From Nemertoderma westbladi (taxonomy: Eukaryota > Animalia > Xenacoelomorpha): a stretch of DNA of 64,000 nucleotides. A program made the position numbers and the translations under genes. Every line of letters starts with the position of its first letter. The first letter of the stretch is position 1. The notes beneath the pieces are model-generated. The model was not told the DNA's origin. It did not search any database and saw nothing but the letters and a program-made list of their open reading frames with translations. Shown here in pieces: positions 45,901 to 59,300 of the stretch. The DNA is taken from positions 25,226-89,225 of the forward strand of contig JAUCBJ010001786.1 in the NCBI GenBank assembly GCA_032718475.1, read 5' to 3'.

Positions 45901-46112
45901 AAAGTAGTAGGCCTACTTTTTTCCCCACTAGTAGGGAAAAAGTTGTCCCCGTAATATCTGAATATTGTAACTTTTTGTTGGGCACAGCTTTTGCAAAGTC
46001 GGCAACACAGCAACCTGCAATAATATTGCCACATAATAATGCACCATAGATCCATAATTTTGCATTGATTTTACTTTTTCTCCCGGTAAAAAAAGTAAAA
46101 TAAAACATTGGA

Positions 46113-46324
46113 GACCCTCCTAGCTCCTATTCTGCTAATCCTGAAATCACCAAAACTAAAGTCACTTTCACTAGTGTCCGGTTACAGGGTTAGCAAAGGA
46201 GCAGGTTACAGAGGTGAGTTGAAAGTAACCAAAAAACAATAAACAAGAGTTAGGAATATTGATATCACCTGCACTAAATTTCAGCATTAGCTGGTGATTT
46301 CAGGATTAGCAGATTAGGAGGGTC
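46113..46324. mobile_element. Small MITE-like fold-back element inside the piggyBac
   Basis: Inverted termini: ctcctattctgctaatcctgaaatcacca and tggtgatttcaggattagcagattaggag. Confidence 0.6.
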
Positions 46325-46679
46325 ACCTATTTGATTTGACACAAGTGCCAAAATATTTTTGGTGGAATTTCTAAAATTTCATTGAAAGTGTTGATCAAAA
46401 TTTTTGATCGAAATGTATATGTACAATCATTTCGTAATGTTAAAATTTTGGAATAAAAAGCAAAATCCATCCCTACACACTATCGACTATTGCAATGCAA
46501 CTTTAGTGCCTGCAAGGTTTACTCCAGAAATGAGATAAAGCCTCGAGAATAGGTTGGTGAAAAAGGTTATACTTTTTGCCCAAGTTATAAATGATTCTGG
46601 TTCCTCATAAGGTCAATTTATAAGGATTTACTGATTTATGTATGTATAGTAGGCCTATAAACAAACAGTCACTTAGATT

Positions 46680-47600
46680 TCTAAAACATTTCAGATGTCT
46701 TGATAAGAAAGCAGAGTCTAAAGACTGTTTAAAAAACTAGCGATTAGTGATGAGATGATGATGTTTCTACTGTGTTCCAGGTCCAGCATGTTCCATATGT
46801 TAATGACCCTGATAAAGAAGAGGTGATGTATGGAAAAAGCAGACCCAGACATGGCAGCATGGGCAGATGGGCGGGGCTTGGCCTTTGCTTCATAATTTTA
46901 TTATATATGGCCAGGTCATGATTGCATTGGATGTCTGGCTGGGATATTATGTTGCACATTGTTGTAATGGAGGATCAGGTTTAGATTTTTACATATAAGT
47001 TTAAAGCACATTATCAAATTGAACTTTAATTGATGTATTATTGTATACTGCAGTAGGTGGTGGTTCCAACTTTAGAGTCTCCAGTTGCCAGTCATATAGA
47101 ATAACTAACAAAAGAATCAAGTCCACATATATTGTATAAACCACGTCAAGCTGTCAACCTTTGCGGCAACATTTGTCTGGGATCCAAACTGATGGTACAG
47201 TATTCCAATTGACAGATAGAGCTAGGACATAGGACAGGCGAATATTACATAAGTCTTCAGGCTATCAGGAGAGGAATGGCTTCATTTGATATACAAAGTG
47301 TTAAAGAGGACATCAACGACCAGAAAACATATTTTTTTCCGAAGATGTGTGATATGAATGATGAACAGAACAGATGAATGCCAGAATATGTAAACTTCCA
47401 AATTCTGGAATTGATTCAACATCCACAAGATATAGTAGGTCTTCCTGAGTCTGTGACTGTGCAGCTGTGTGAGCTTGAATCTCGCAACAGTGAGGATTTG
47501 GTCTACTGTTCTTCTTACCAACAGTAAGGCTGTAAGGATAGAGAATTTCTCTAGTCTTCTGCATTTTTCTCACCAAACACTAACGGAGTTAACAATCATT
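46680..47600 (-). mobile_element. Highly decayed CR1/L2-type LINE 3' fragment inside the piggyBac
   Basis: Minus-strand remnants FQNLEVYI (KDLGV-like), LFIIHITHLRKK, QLEYC..SVWIP and FFIRVINIWNML. Confidence 0.55.
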
Positions 47601-48091
47601 AAAGTTATTGACTGTAAGTTACTGTGCTGTAAGGTTAAGCCTACCCTGCATACATGTCATGTCACAGGTTACACTGGTCACCCATTCTCACCAAGCTCTA
47701 TAAGCACTAAGCAGCAAAGCCTACTGCTACACCCTACTGCTGACAGGCTGGTGATGTTGTAGTTGTACAGGCTGGCGAAATTTGAGGTTTTGTCTCAAAT
47801 TTGAGGTTTAACCTCAAATTTCAATTTTCGCCCCCAATAAAAGCATGTTTGCATCGGTGAAATATTTTATTGCATCGATAAAAGTTCTTATTTTACATTA
47901 TATTTTAACATATTAAAAGTAGAAGTTGCTCCAATAGTTTCCCTAAGTCGCAGCAACACTCGATATTATGAGTCTAAAAATACCTCAAATTTGAACAAAA
48001 AACCCCAATTTTCGACAGTCTATTACCAGAATTCGAAATTTGGGGTAACCCCAAAATTGATGATCTCCCTGACTGACTGCTGTTCTTGATT

Positions 48092-49879
48092 ATGTCGGTG
48101 CGAAAAATATACCCATTGCGGGAACGAGTCCGAGAGTCAATACCGGTGGATTTGATAACAAACGATGGGGAGGCTTCGCTGGTAAGTGATATACCGGTAC
48201 CGGTCATCTGCACTGACACCACCTCAGCTGATGATGGTTTTGACTCAGATTGTGGTGTTAGTTCGAGCGCTAGTTCGGATGGAGAGACTAGGAATTTTGA
48301 TTCCGACAACCTAAGTTATGATAGCTCTGATCTCGATGAAGACGATACTGGTACCGGTATTTCCGGTTCCGATGATGGTGACCTTTTCGAACTGGCTGAA
48401 ATGATTGGTAAAGATGGGACTCGTTGGTTTAATCTTGAAACTGGAACTCCACATACCGGTACTGCTGGTCGTCGACCAGCAAGAAATGTTTTTAGCGAAC
48501 GTATAGGAACCAAACCATATGTGAGAAATCGTATAACTGATGTTTATTCAGCTTGGAAAGAGTTCCTATCTGAACCGATTCTTAAACTTATAACGGATTA
48601 CACAAATAAATTTGCGCACGATAATTTGGAAATAGACCTTCAATTAACTGTTACTGAGCTAGAGGCACATATTGGTTTACAATATATTCGCGGAGTTTAT
48701 GGTAAACACATTCCTCTAGATTCCCTATGGAATAAAGATATAGGAATCAAAATATTCCCAAATACAATGTCGCGAGACCGATTCCGCCTAATAAAACGAT
48801 GTTTTCGGTTTGATGATAAGAGTAAAAGAATGAGTCATTTTGCTACTGATAAGTTCACTCATATAAGAGAGGTATTCGACAAGTTTGTGGAAAACTGTTT
48901 GAGCAAATATATCCCATCATATTCACTAACGATTGATGAATAATTGTTACCCTTCAAGGGGAGGTGTAATCTAATGACATTTATGCCTAATAAACCGGAT
49001 AAATATGGAATCAAATTTTGGGTTTTGGTTGATCTAGAATCTAAATACGTCGTTAAAATATTGCCGTATCTGGGAAAACAAGAATCAGAAACCCGTGATG
49101 GTCTATTGGGGGAAGATGTAGTTATGCGACTAATGGCAGATCACCTCAACAGAGGATATAATGTGACAACAGATAATTTTTTCACGTCACTCCAACTAGC
49201 TAAGAGGTTGTATGATAAGAAAACATCTATAGTTGGTACAATGCGTAAAAACCGGAGAGAACTCTGCCCTAAGATGCTCGATTGTAGTGGAGGAAATGTC
49301 TTCGATAGTACTTTCTTTCATGAACCTGATAGTACAGCAGTTGTTGTCTCTTATCGACGAAAACTAAACAAAAACGTATTGCTTCTGTCTACTTTTCATG
49401 AAACTCCAACTGTCACTGCCACAGAAAAGAAAAAACCAGAAATTATCATGTATTATAACTCTCAAAAATGTGGAGTAGACATTTTTGATCAGATGTCCCG
49501 GCTCTATACTACTAAATGTGCCACGAGACGATGGCCTATGGCCGTCTGGGGCAACATACTTGATATTTGTCTAATTAACGCCCGTGTTGTTTATAATAAC
49601 GTTACTAATGCTAAGATGTCAAGACGTAATTTCATATTTGCGTTGGTCGATTGTTTGAAGGAGCCATACATGTCACAAAGAGATAATTCAAATCTAGAAA
49701 CTGTTATTTCACCACTTAACAACGTTGTACAAATTACCAAGAAACGGCGTGAATGTCGGACATCCGGGTGTAATAACAAAACTAATATTATATGCTTGAA
49801 ATGTTCTATGCCTAAATGTGGTAACTGTCTAACTGAAATTGAAAAATTTGCTAAAGCCGTATGTGTGCAGTGTTCATAA
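48092..49879 (+). pseudogene. piggyBac transposase with a single in-frame TAA (48941-48943)
   Basis: Acidic N-terminus, MSRDRF, TIDE*LLPFKGR, KPDKYGIKFW, TDNFFTS, YNSQKCGVDIFDQ, RRWP and a C-terminal Cys-rich domain. Confidence 0.95.
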
Positions 49880-52800
49880 ATTAACGTTTTTTGTGCTACA
49901 ATAAATAAATAAATTCCTATATGTGAATTTTCTGTTATATTACTATATTATTATATTATTATAATAAATTATTAATATATTATATATAAATTATTATTAT
50001 AATAAAATATAATATAATAATATAACATAACATAACATAACACTAAAATGTAACTACAATGTACACTAGTAAATACATTTTTACTAAACTGTACATTGAC
50101 AATGAATTTTAAAACCGGTCAAATTTGACCGTCATAGCCTTTCTAGGTTTACCGAAATCTCAGCTGTTCTAGTGTTAATATAGACTTGAACACTACAGTT
50201 ACCGTAGTAACTAGATATTTCTGGAATGTTTTGAGTTTCACTAAAAGTTCCAACTAGTGGTCCAGATAATACATACCCAGTTTTGTAAAATTTCATCGTG
50301 AAGTCTATGTCCAAATGAATAATTTTTACATAAAAACATCTGTTTTCAGCGGTTGTCATGGTAACTGCAAAATAGAACAATCAAATTCAGACGCAGAATA
50401 AGTTATATAGTGGGGGTAGGGATTGGTCCCAAGTCATCACACCTTAACCTTAGGCTTCAAATTAACATTTTAAAAATTTTACCATCTATTTAGCCCGGTT
50501 GCCAAGGTAACTGGATTTTCTATTTAACCTCAATCGGCTCTGCTATGGACCTTATAGTTGAGTTGAGAAACCACAAGTTTATATCTATTATAGTTTTCCT
50601 ACAAATAGAGTTATAAATATTGACTTGAAATACATAGACTTTTTTCTAAGTCCGTTGCCATGGAAACCAGATTTTTCCTGGATATGACACCCAGCCCAAA
50701 AGATGCGCCTCGACGAGTAGTATATACATGCAAAATTTCAGGGTACTTTTAAAGGCTAGATTTGCCGGGGGTCAAAAAACCCCAAATCTGCTCCATACAA
50801 GTAAAATAGCCCACTATGAATACACCATCTCAGCTAAGGAAAATCTTTCTTAGCGAAAGTAGTTGATTTTCCTTAGCTTCGTGGAATTGGATTGTGTAAT
50901 TAACCTCGAATGGATTGTACGAGAAAGGCATTTCCTAAAGGAAATGCAACCACGAAGCTAAGGAAAATTAAACAAACGGCCACACTTTGGTTCGTTGCTT
51001 AGCCTAGTTTAGTAGCAATTGTCAATAATTAACTTCTACGAGAAAGGCATTTCCTAAAGGAAATGCAACCACGAAGCTAAGGAAAATTAAACAAACGGCC
51101 ACACTTTGGTTCGTTGCTTATAGCCTAGTTTAGTAGCAATTGCCAATAATTTACGTCTATTCCCATGGAAACTAGAGTTCTCTGGAACTGTGGGTTTTAC
51201 CTTTGAAAAAAGATTCAGTCCAGATTGTGGTTCAGATTATAACACATATACCGAGTTTCAGAAAATATTGTAGTTTATGTCCAAATTACCGATTTTCTAT
51301 CAAAATGCATCTGTTTGCAGTGGTTGTCATGGAAACTGAAAAATATAATAATGTAATTCGGATGCAGAATAAGTCATATAGTGGGGGTAGGTCTTGGTCC
51401 CAAGTCATAATACTATTAACTTGTGCTTCAAATTATCATTTTATAAATAGTAACATCTGTTTAGTCTTGTTGCTATGGTAACTGTACTTTCTAATTAACC
51501 TCAAACGGCTTGGATGGATATGGAAATTATAGATGAGTTACAAAACCCCAAGTTTATATATATTACAGTTTTGCTAGAAATAGAGTTATCAATATAGACT
51601 TGAATGATATAGAGTTTAATAAACTACAGTTACCATGGTAACTAAATTTCTGGAATGATTTAAGTTTCACTAAAAGTTCCAACTAGTGGTGCAGATAACA
51701 CATACCCAGTTTTGTAAAATTTTATCGCGAAGTCTATGTCCAAATGAATAATTTTTGTATAAAAACATCTGTTTTCGGCTGTTGTCATGGTAACTGAAAA
51801 ATAGAACAATGTAATTCGGATGCAGAATAAGTTATATAGTGGGGGTAGGGGTTGGTCTCAAGTCATAACACCTTGCCCTTAGGCCTCAAATTATCATTTT
51901 ATAAATTTTAACATCTGTTTATCCCGGTTGCCAACGTAACTGGATTTTCTATTTAGCCTCAATCGGATCTGCTATGGACCTTATAGTTGTGTTGCAGAAA
52001 CCCCAAGTTTAAATCTATTATAGTTTTCCTACAAATAGAGTTATAAATATTGACTTGAAATACATAGACTTTTTTTGAAGTCCGTTGCCATGGAAACCAG
52101 ATTTTTCCTGGATATGAGACCCGGCCCAAAAGATGCGCCTCGCCGAGTAGTATATACATGCAAAATTTCAGGGTACTTTTAAAGGCTAGTTTTTTCGCCT
52201 ATCAAAAAACCCCAAATCTGCCTCACACAAGTAAAATAGCCCACTATGAATAGACCATCTCAGCTAAGGAAAATCTTTCTTAGCGAAAGTAGTTGATTTT
52301 CCTTAGCTTCGTGGAATTGGATTGTGTAATTAACCTCGAATGGATTGTACGAGAAAGGCATTTCCTAAAGGAAATGCAACCACGAAGCTAAGGAAAATTA
52401 AACAAACGGCCACACTTTGGTTCGTTGCTTAGCCTAGTTTAGTAGCAATTGTCAATAATTAACTTCTATTCCCATGGAAACTAGAGTTCTCTGGAACTGT
52501 TGCTTTAACCTTTGAAAAAAAATTCAGTACAGATTGTGGTTCAGATAACACATATACTGAGTTTCCGAAAATATTGTAGTTTATGTCCAAATTACCGATT
52601 TTCTATCAAAATGCATCTGTTTGCAGTGGTTGTCATGGAAACTGAAAAATAGAACAATGTAATTCGGATGCAGAATAAGTCATATAGTGGGGGTAGGGGT
52701 TAGTCCCAAGTCATAATACTATTAACTTGTGCTTTAAATTATCATTTTATAAATTTTAACATCTGTTTAGACTTGTTGCTATGGTAACTGTATTTTCTAA

Positions 52801-55212
52801 TTAACCTCAAACGGCTTGTATATGGACCTTATAGATGAGTTGCAAAACCCCAAGTTTAAATACAATACAGTTTTGCTACAAATAGAGTTATCAATATAGA
52901 TTTGAATGATATAGAGTTTAATAAACTACAGTTACCGTGGTAACTAAATTTCTGGAATAATTTAAGTTTCACTAAAAGTTCCAACTAGTGGTCCAGATAA
53001 CACACCCAGTTTTGTAAAATTTTATCGTGAAGTCTATGTCCAAATGATTAAGTTTTGAATAAAAACATATGTTTTCAGCGGTTGTCATGGTAACTGAAAA
53101 ATAGAACAATGTAATTCGGATGCAGAATAAGTTATATAGTGGGGGTAGGGGTTGGTCCCAAGTCATAACACGTTAACCTTAGGCTTCAAATTAACATTTT
53201 ATAAATTTTAACATCTGTCTAGCCCGGTTGCCAAGGTAACTGGATTTTCTATTTAACCTCAATCGGCTCTGCTATGGACCTTATAGTTGTGTTGAGAAAC
53301 CCCAAGTTTATATCTATTATAGTTTTCCTACAAATAGAGTTTTAAATATTGACTTGAAATACATAGACTTTTTTCTAAGTCCGTTGCCATGGAAACCAGA
53401 TTTTTCCTGGATATGAGACCCAGCCCAAAAGATGCGCCTCGACGAGTAGTATATACATGCAAAATTTCAGGGTACTTTTAAAGGCTAGTTTTTTCACCGG
53501 TCAAAAAAAACCAAATCTGCTCCATACAAGTAAAATAGCCCACTATGAATAGACCATCTCAGCTAAGGAAAATCTTTCTTAGCGAAAGTAGTTGATTTTC
53601 CTTAGCTTCGTGGATACTAGAAAGGCATTTCCTAAAGGAAATGCAACCACGAAGCTAAGGAAAATTAAAAATACGGCCACACTTTGGTTTGTTGCTTAGC
53701 CTAGTTTAGTAGCATTTGCCAATAATTAATTAAGTTCTATTCCCATGGAAACTAGAGTTCTCTGGAAATGTTGGTTTAACGAGAAAGGCATTTCCTAAAG
53801 GAAATGCAACCACGAAGCTAAGGAAAATTAAACAAACGGCCACACTTTGGTTCGTTGCTTAGCCTCATTAAGTAGCAATTGTCAATAATTAACTTCTATT
53901 CTCATGGAAACTAGAGTTCTCTGGAACTGTTGCTTTAACCTTTGAAAAAAGTTCAGTAGAGATTGTGGTTCAGATAACACATATACTGAGTTTCAGAAAA
54001 TATTGTAGTTTATGTCCCAATTACCAATTTTCTATCAAAATGCATCTGTTTGCAGTGGTTGTCATGGAAACTGGAAAATAGAACAATGTAATTCGGATGC
54101 AGAATAAGTCATATAGTGGGGGTAGGGGTTAGTCCCAAGTCATAATACTATTAACTTGTGCTTCAAATTATCATTTTATATATTTTAACATCTGTTTAGA
54201 CTTGTTGCTATGGTAACTGTATTTTCTAATTAACCTCAAACGGCTTGGATATGGATCTTATAGATGAGTTGCAAAACCCCAAGTTTATATATATTACAGT
54301 TTTGCTACAAATAGAGTTATCAATATAGATTTGAATGATATAGAGTTTAATAAACTACAGTTACCATGGTAACTAAATTTCTGGAATAATTTAAGTTTCA
54401 CTAAAAGTTCCAACTAGTGGTCCAGATAACACATACCCAGTTTTGTAAAATTTTATCGTGAAGTCTATGTCCAAATGAATAAGTTTTGAATAAAAACATC
54501 TGTTTTCAGCGGTTGTCATGGTAACTGCAAAATAGAACAATCAAATTCGGACGTAGAATAAGTTATATAGTGGGGGTAGGGATTGGTCCCAAGTCATCAC
54601 ACCTTAACCTTAGGCTTCAAATTAACATTTTAAAAATTTTAACATCTGTTTAGCCCGGTTGCCAAGGTAACTGAATTTTCTATTTAACCTCAATCGGCTC
54701 TGCTATGGACCTTATAGTTGTGTTCAGAAACCCCAAGTTTATATGTATTATAGTTTTCCTACAAATAGAGTTACACATATTGACTTGAAATACAGAGACT
54801 TTTTTCTAAGTCCGTTGCCATGGAAACAAGATTTTTCCCAGACATGTGACCTATCCTACACGACGCGCCTTGATGAGTAGTATATATATGCAAAATTTCA
54901 TGGTACTTTTAAAGGCTATTTTTTTCTGGAGTCAAAAAACACTAAATCTGCTCCATACAAGTAAAATAGCCCACTATGAATACACCATCTCAGCTAAGGA
55001 AAATCTTTCTTAGCGAAAGTAGTTGATTTTCCTTAGCTTCGTGGATTCTACTAAATGAAGATTAATGTCAGAATTATAACTTGTCACTAAAGGTTTTCTT
55101 AGATTACTGTAGGTGAATCACATTTTTCGCAAGTATGCAAATTACTGTACTCTGTGTATCTGTAAAGATAGGAGTCTGAAGTATCTGTGTATGATTTAAT
55201 CCTGAGACATTA

Positions 55213-56381
55213 TTAGCAAGTCGTTAGACTTTGATGATTACTGTAAGAAAAAAAAGCTACTGGCTACTGGCTACTGGCTACTGGCTACTGACCTAGAGTA
55301 AAAACGGCTCTAACGATTTTGATGAAATTTTGCATGGACCATGAAAATGGATTTCTAAGGGTACTTGTGAAATCGCTGTTTAAATTGAAACATCTCAACT
55401 TGTTTTATTTCAAAAAATAGCCCCAAAACACGAAAATTGCCATAGGCGCAATGTTAAAACACCAGCTGGCACTCATGAAAAATGTATAGAGATGGCCTGG
55501 TAATGCATTCAATAGGAAGGACAACTAACAAAGAAGTACTTTGTGTGCCAAGTTTCTCTACTCTAGTTAAGTTACTCTACTCAAGTTACTCTACTCTACA
55601 ACCCAGACAGTAATCAAACAAAACATTAACTGGTTTAGCTGGCTATTACAGTCTCAGCTGAATAACTCTTCCCAATGCATCCTTGCTATGTTAATTAATT
55701 GGCGTGCAAGCTAAATTACTGTTAGTTAAACAGTGTGTTGGCTACACAGTGTATTGTACTATGCTCTCATCGCATTATTGTTTTATTTTGAAATCTTTGT
55801 GCCATCATTAATACTGTGGAGGCTGTATGCTTATAAGGCTGAATGTTTACTCAGCCTCATAATGATTCTCCATAAGGCTAACATTATAATTTGAAATATA
55901 AAAATCTGTTATAATAATAATATAATTGTTATATTTAATTAATATCGTGGTTTACATTGAATAGTGTAAATTGTTAATCGCGGTTTACATTGAAACATCT
56001 CAACTTGTTATTTATTACAAAAATAAGAACGAATTTGTCTTATCACTTCTTGTGCGCGATTGTATTGAATTCATGACAACTGCTGTTATTATTATTATTA
56101 ATCAATTGACACCTCGACTCCTCTCTGACACTCTGACTACTCTATTCGATAGAATAAAATAATCATTTCGCTAACTGCTCTCTATCTTATAATCACAACA
56201 GCTTTTATAATTTATTAGATGATTACAACATAATAATTATAGTTTGAAGTTGTCTAGAAAAATTTTCGTACATCACCGGGACTACCCTCACACTAATTGA
56301 TTATCAGACAGAAAAAAAGCTTTTACTTGATTCGTACTGTCTCCTACGACTTGCTTCACGGGCCGCTAGGCCCGTCTCTAG
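55213..56381 (+). mobile_element. Helentron-associated element family B, intact copy
   Basis: Subterminal inverted repeats AGCAAGTCGT / ACGACTTGCT, 3' hairpin ACGGGCCGCTAGGCCCGT and CTAGT end. Inserted in a T-run; the empty site is at 42711-42730. Confidence 0.88.
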
Positions 56382-59300
56382 TTTTTCCTTGTAAATTTAC
56401 TAGAAAGGCATTTCCTAAAGGAAATGCAACCACGAAGCTAAGGAAAAATAAACATAAGTGCCACAATTTGGTTTGTTGCTTAGCCTAGTTTAGTAGCATT
56501 TGCCAATAAATAACTTATATTCCCATGGAAACTAGAATTCTCTGGAACTGTTGGTTTTACCTTTGAAAAAAGATTCAGTCCAGATTGTGGTTCAGATAAC
56601 ACATATACCGAGTTTCAGAAATTATTGTAGTTTATGCCCAAATTACCGATTTTCTATCAAAATGCATCTGTTTGCAGTGGTTGTCATGGAAACTAAAAAA
56701 TAGAACAATGTAATTCGGATGCAGAATAAGTCATATAGTGGGGGTAGGTCTTGGTCCCAAGTCATAATACTATTAACTTGTGTTTCAAATTATCATTTTA
56801 GAAATTTTAACATCTGTTTAGTCTTGTTGCTATGGTAATTGGATTGTTTAATTGACCTCGAATGGATTGTATATGAACCTTACAGATGAGTTGCAAAACC
56901 CCAAATTTATATTTATTACATTATTTTGCTACAAATAGAGTATTGAATTTAGACTTGAATGATATAGACTTTAATAAACTCCAGTTACCATGGTAACAAG
57001 ATATTTCTGGAATGTTTTCAGTTTCACTAAAAGTTCCAACTAATGGTCCAGATAACACATATCCCAGTTTCGTAAAATTTTATCGTGAAGTCTATGTCCA
57101 AATGAGTTATTTTTCTATAAAAACATCTGTGTTCAGCGGTTGTCATGGTAACTGTAAAATAGAACAATTAAATTCGGACGCAGAATAAGTTATATAGTGG
57201 GGGTAGGGATTGGTCCCAAGTCAGAACACATTAACCTTAGGCTTCAAATTAACATTTTAGAAATGTTAACATCTGTTTAGCCCGGTTGCCAAGGTAACTG
57301 GAATTTCTATTTAACCTCAATCGGCTCTACTATGGACCTTATAGTTGAATTGAGAAACCCCAAGTCTATATCTATTATAGTTTTTCGACAAATAGAGTTA
57401 TAAATATTGACTTGAAATACATAGACTTTTTTATAAGTCCGTTGCCATGGAAACCAGATTTTTCCTGTATATGAGACCCAGCCCAAAAGATGCGCCTTGA
57501 CGAGTAGTATATACATGCAAAATTTTATGATACATTTAAAGGCTAGATTTTTCTGGAGTCAAAAAAAACCAAATCTGCCTCACACAAGTAAAATAGCCCA
57601 CTATGAATACACCATCTCAGCTAAGGAAAATCTTTCTTAGCGAAAGTAGTTGATTTTCCTTAGCTTCGTGGACATTAATTATGTGCTGATTCAACGATTT
57701 AATTTGACTTTAGAAAGTCATACTAGAAAGGCATTTCCTAAAGGAAATGCAACCACGAAGCTAAGGAAAACTAAACAAACGGCCACACTTTGGTTCGTTG
57801 CTTAGCCTAGTCTAGTAGCATTTGCCAATAATTAGCTTCTATTTCCATGGAAACTAGAGTTCTATGGAACTGTTGGTTCATCCTTTGAAAAAAGATTCTG
57901 GAATGTTTTGAGTTTCACTAAAAGTTCCAACTAGTGGTCCAGATAATACATACCCAGTTTTGTAAAATTTCATCGTGAAGTCTATGTCCAAATGAATAAT
58001 TTTTACATAAAAACATCTGTTTTCAGCGGTTGTCATGGTAACTGCAAAATAGAACAATCAAATTCGGACGCAGAATAAGTTATATAGTGGGGGTAGGGAT
58101 TGGTCCCAAGTCATCACACCTTAACCTTAGGCTTCAAATTAACATTTTAAAAATTTTACCATCTGTTTAGCCCGGTTGCCAAGGTAACTGGATTTTCTAT
58201 TTAACCTCAATCGGCTCTGCTATGGACCTTATAGTTGTGTTGAGAAACCCCAAGTTTATATCTATTATAGTTTTCCTACAAATAGAGTTATAAATATTGA
58301 CTTGAAATACATAGACTTTTTTCTAAGTCCGTTGCCATGGAAACCAGATTTTTCCTGGATATGACACCCAGCCCAAAAGATGCGCCTCGACGAGTAGTAT
58401 ATACATGCAAAATTTCAGGGTACTTTTAAAGGCTAGATTTTGCCGGGGGTCAAAAAACCCCAAATCTGCTCCATACAAGTAAAATAGCCCACTATGAATA
58501 CACCATCTCAGCTAAGGAAAATCTTTCTTAGCGAAAGTAGTTGATTTTCCTTAGCTTCGTGGAATTGGATTGTGTAATTAACCTCGAATGGATTGTACGA
58601 GAAAGGCATTTCCTAAAGGAAATGCAACCACGAAGCTAAGGAAAATTAAACAAACGGCCACACTTTGGTTCGTTGCTTAGCCTAGTTTAGTAGCAATTGT
58701 CAATAATTAACTTCTATTCCCATGGAAACTAGAGTTCTCTGGAACTGTTGCTTTAACCTTTGAAAAAAAATTCAGTACAGATTGTGGTTCAGATAACACA
58801 TATACTGAGTTTCCGAAAATATTGTAGTTTATGTCCAAATTACCGATTTTCTATCAAAATGCATCTGTTTGCAGTGGTTGTCATGGAAACTGAAAAATAG
58901 AACAATGTAATTCGGATGCAGAATAAGTCATATAGTGGGGGTAGGGGTTAGTCCCAAGTCATAATACTATTAACTTGTGCTTTAAATTATCATTTTATAA
59001 ATTTTAACATCTGTTTAGACTTGTTGCTATGGTAACTGTATTTTCTAATTAACCTCAAACGGCTTGTATATGGACCTTATAGATGAGTTGCAAAACCCCA
59101 AGTTTAAATACAATACAGTTTTGCTACAAATAGAGTTATCAATATAGATTTGAATGATATAGAGTTTAATAAACTACAGTTACCGTGGTAACTAAATTTC
59201 TGGAATAATTTAAGTTTCACTAAAAGTTCCAACTAGTGGTCCAGATAACACACCCAGTTTTGTAAAATTTTATCGTGAAGTCTATGTCCAAATGATTAAG

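Larger units (their letters stand above)
45038..50174 (+). mobile_element. Full-length piggyBac transposon
   Basis: TTAA TSDs at 45034-45037 and 50175-50178. Perfect 15-bp TIR CACTAGAACAGCTGA and subterminal palindromes CGGTCAAWTTTGACCG. The flanks rejoin a family A copy. Confidence 0.95.
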
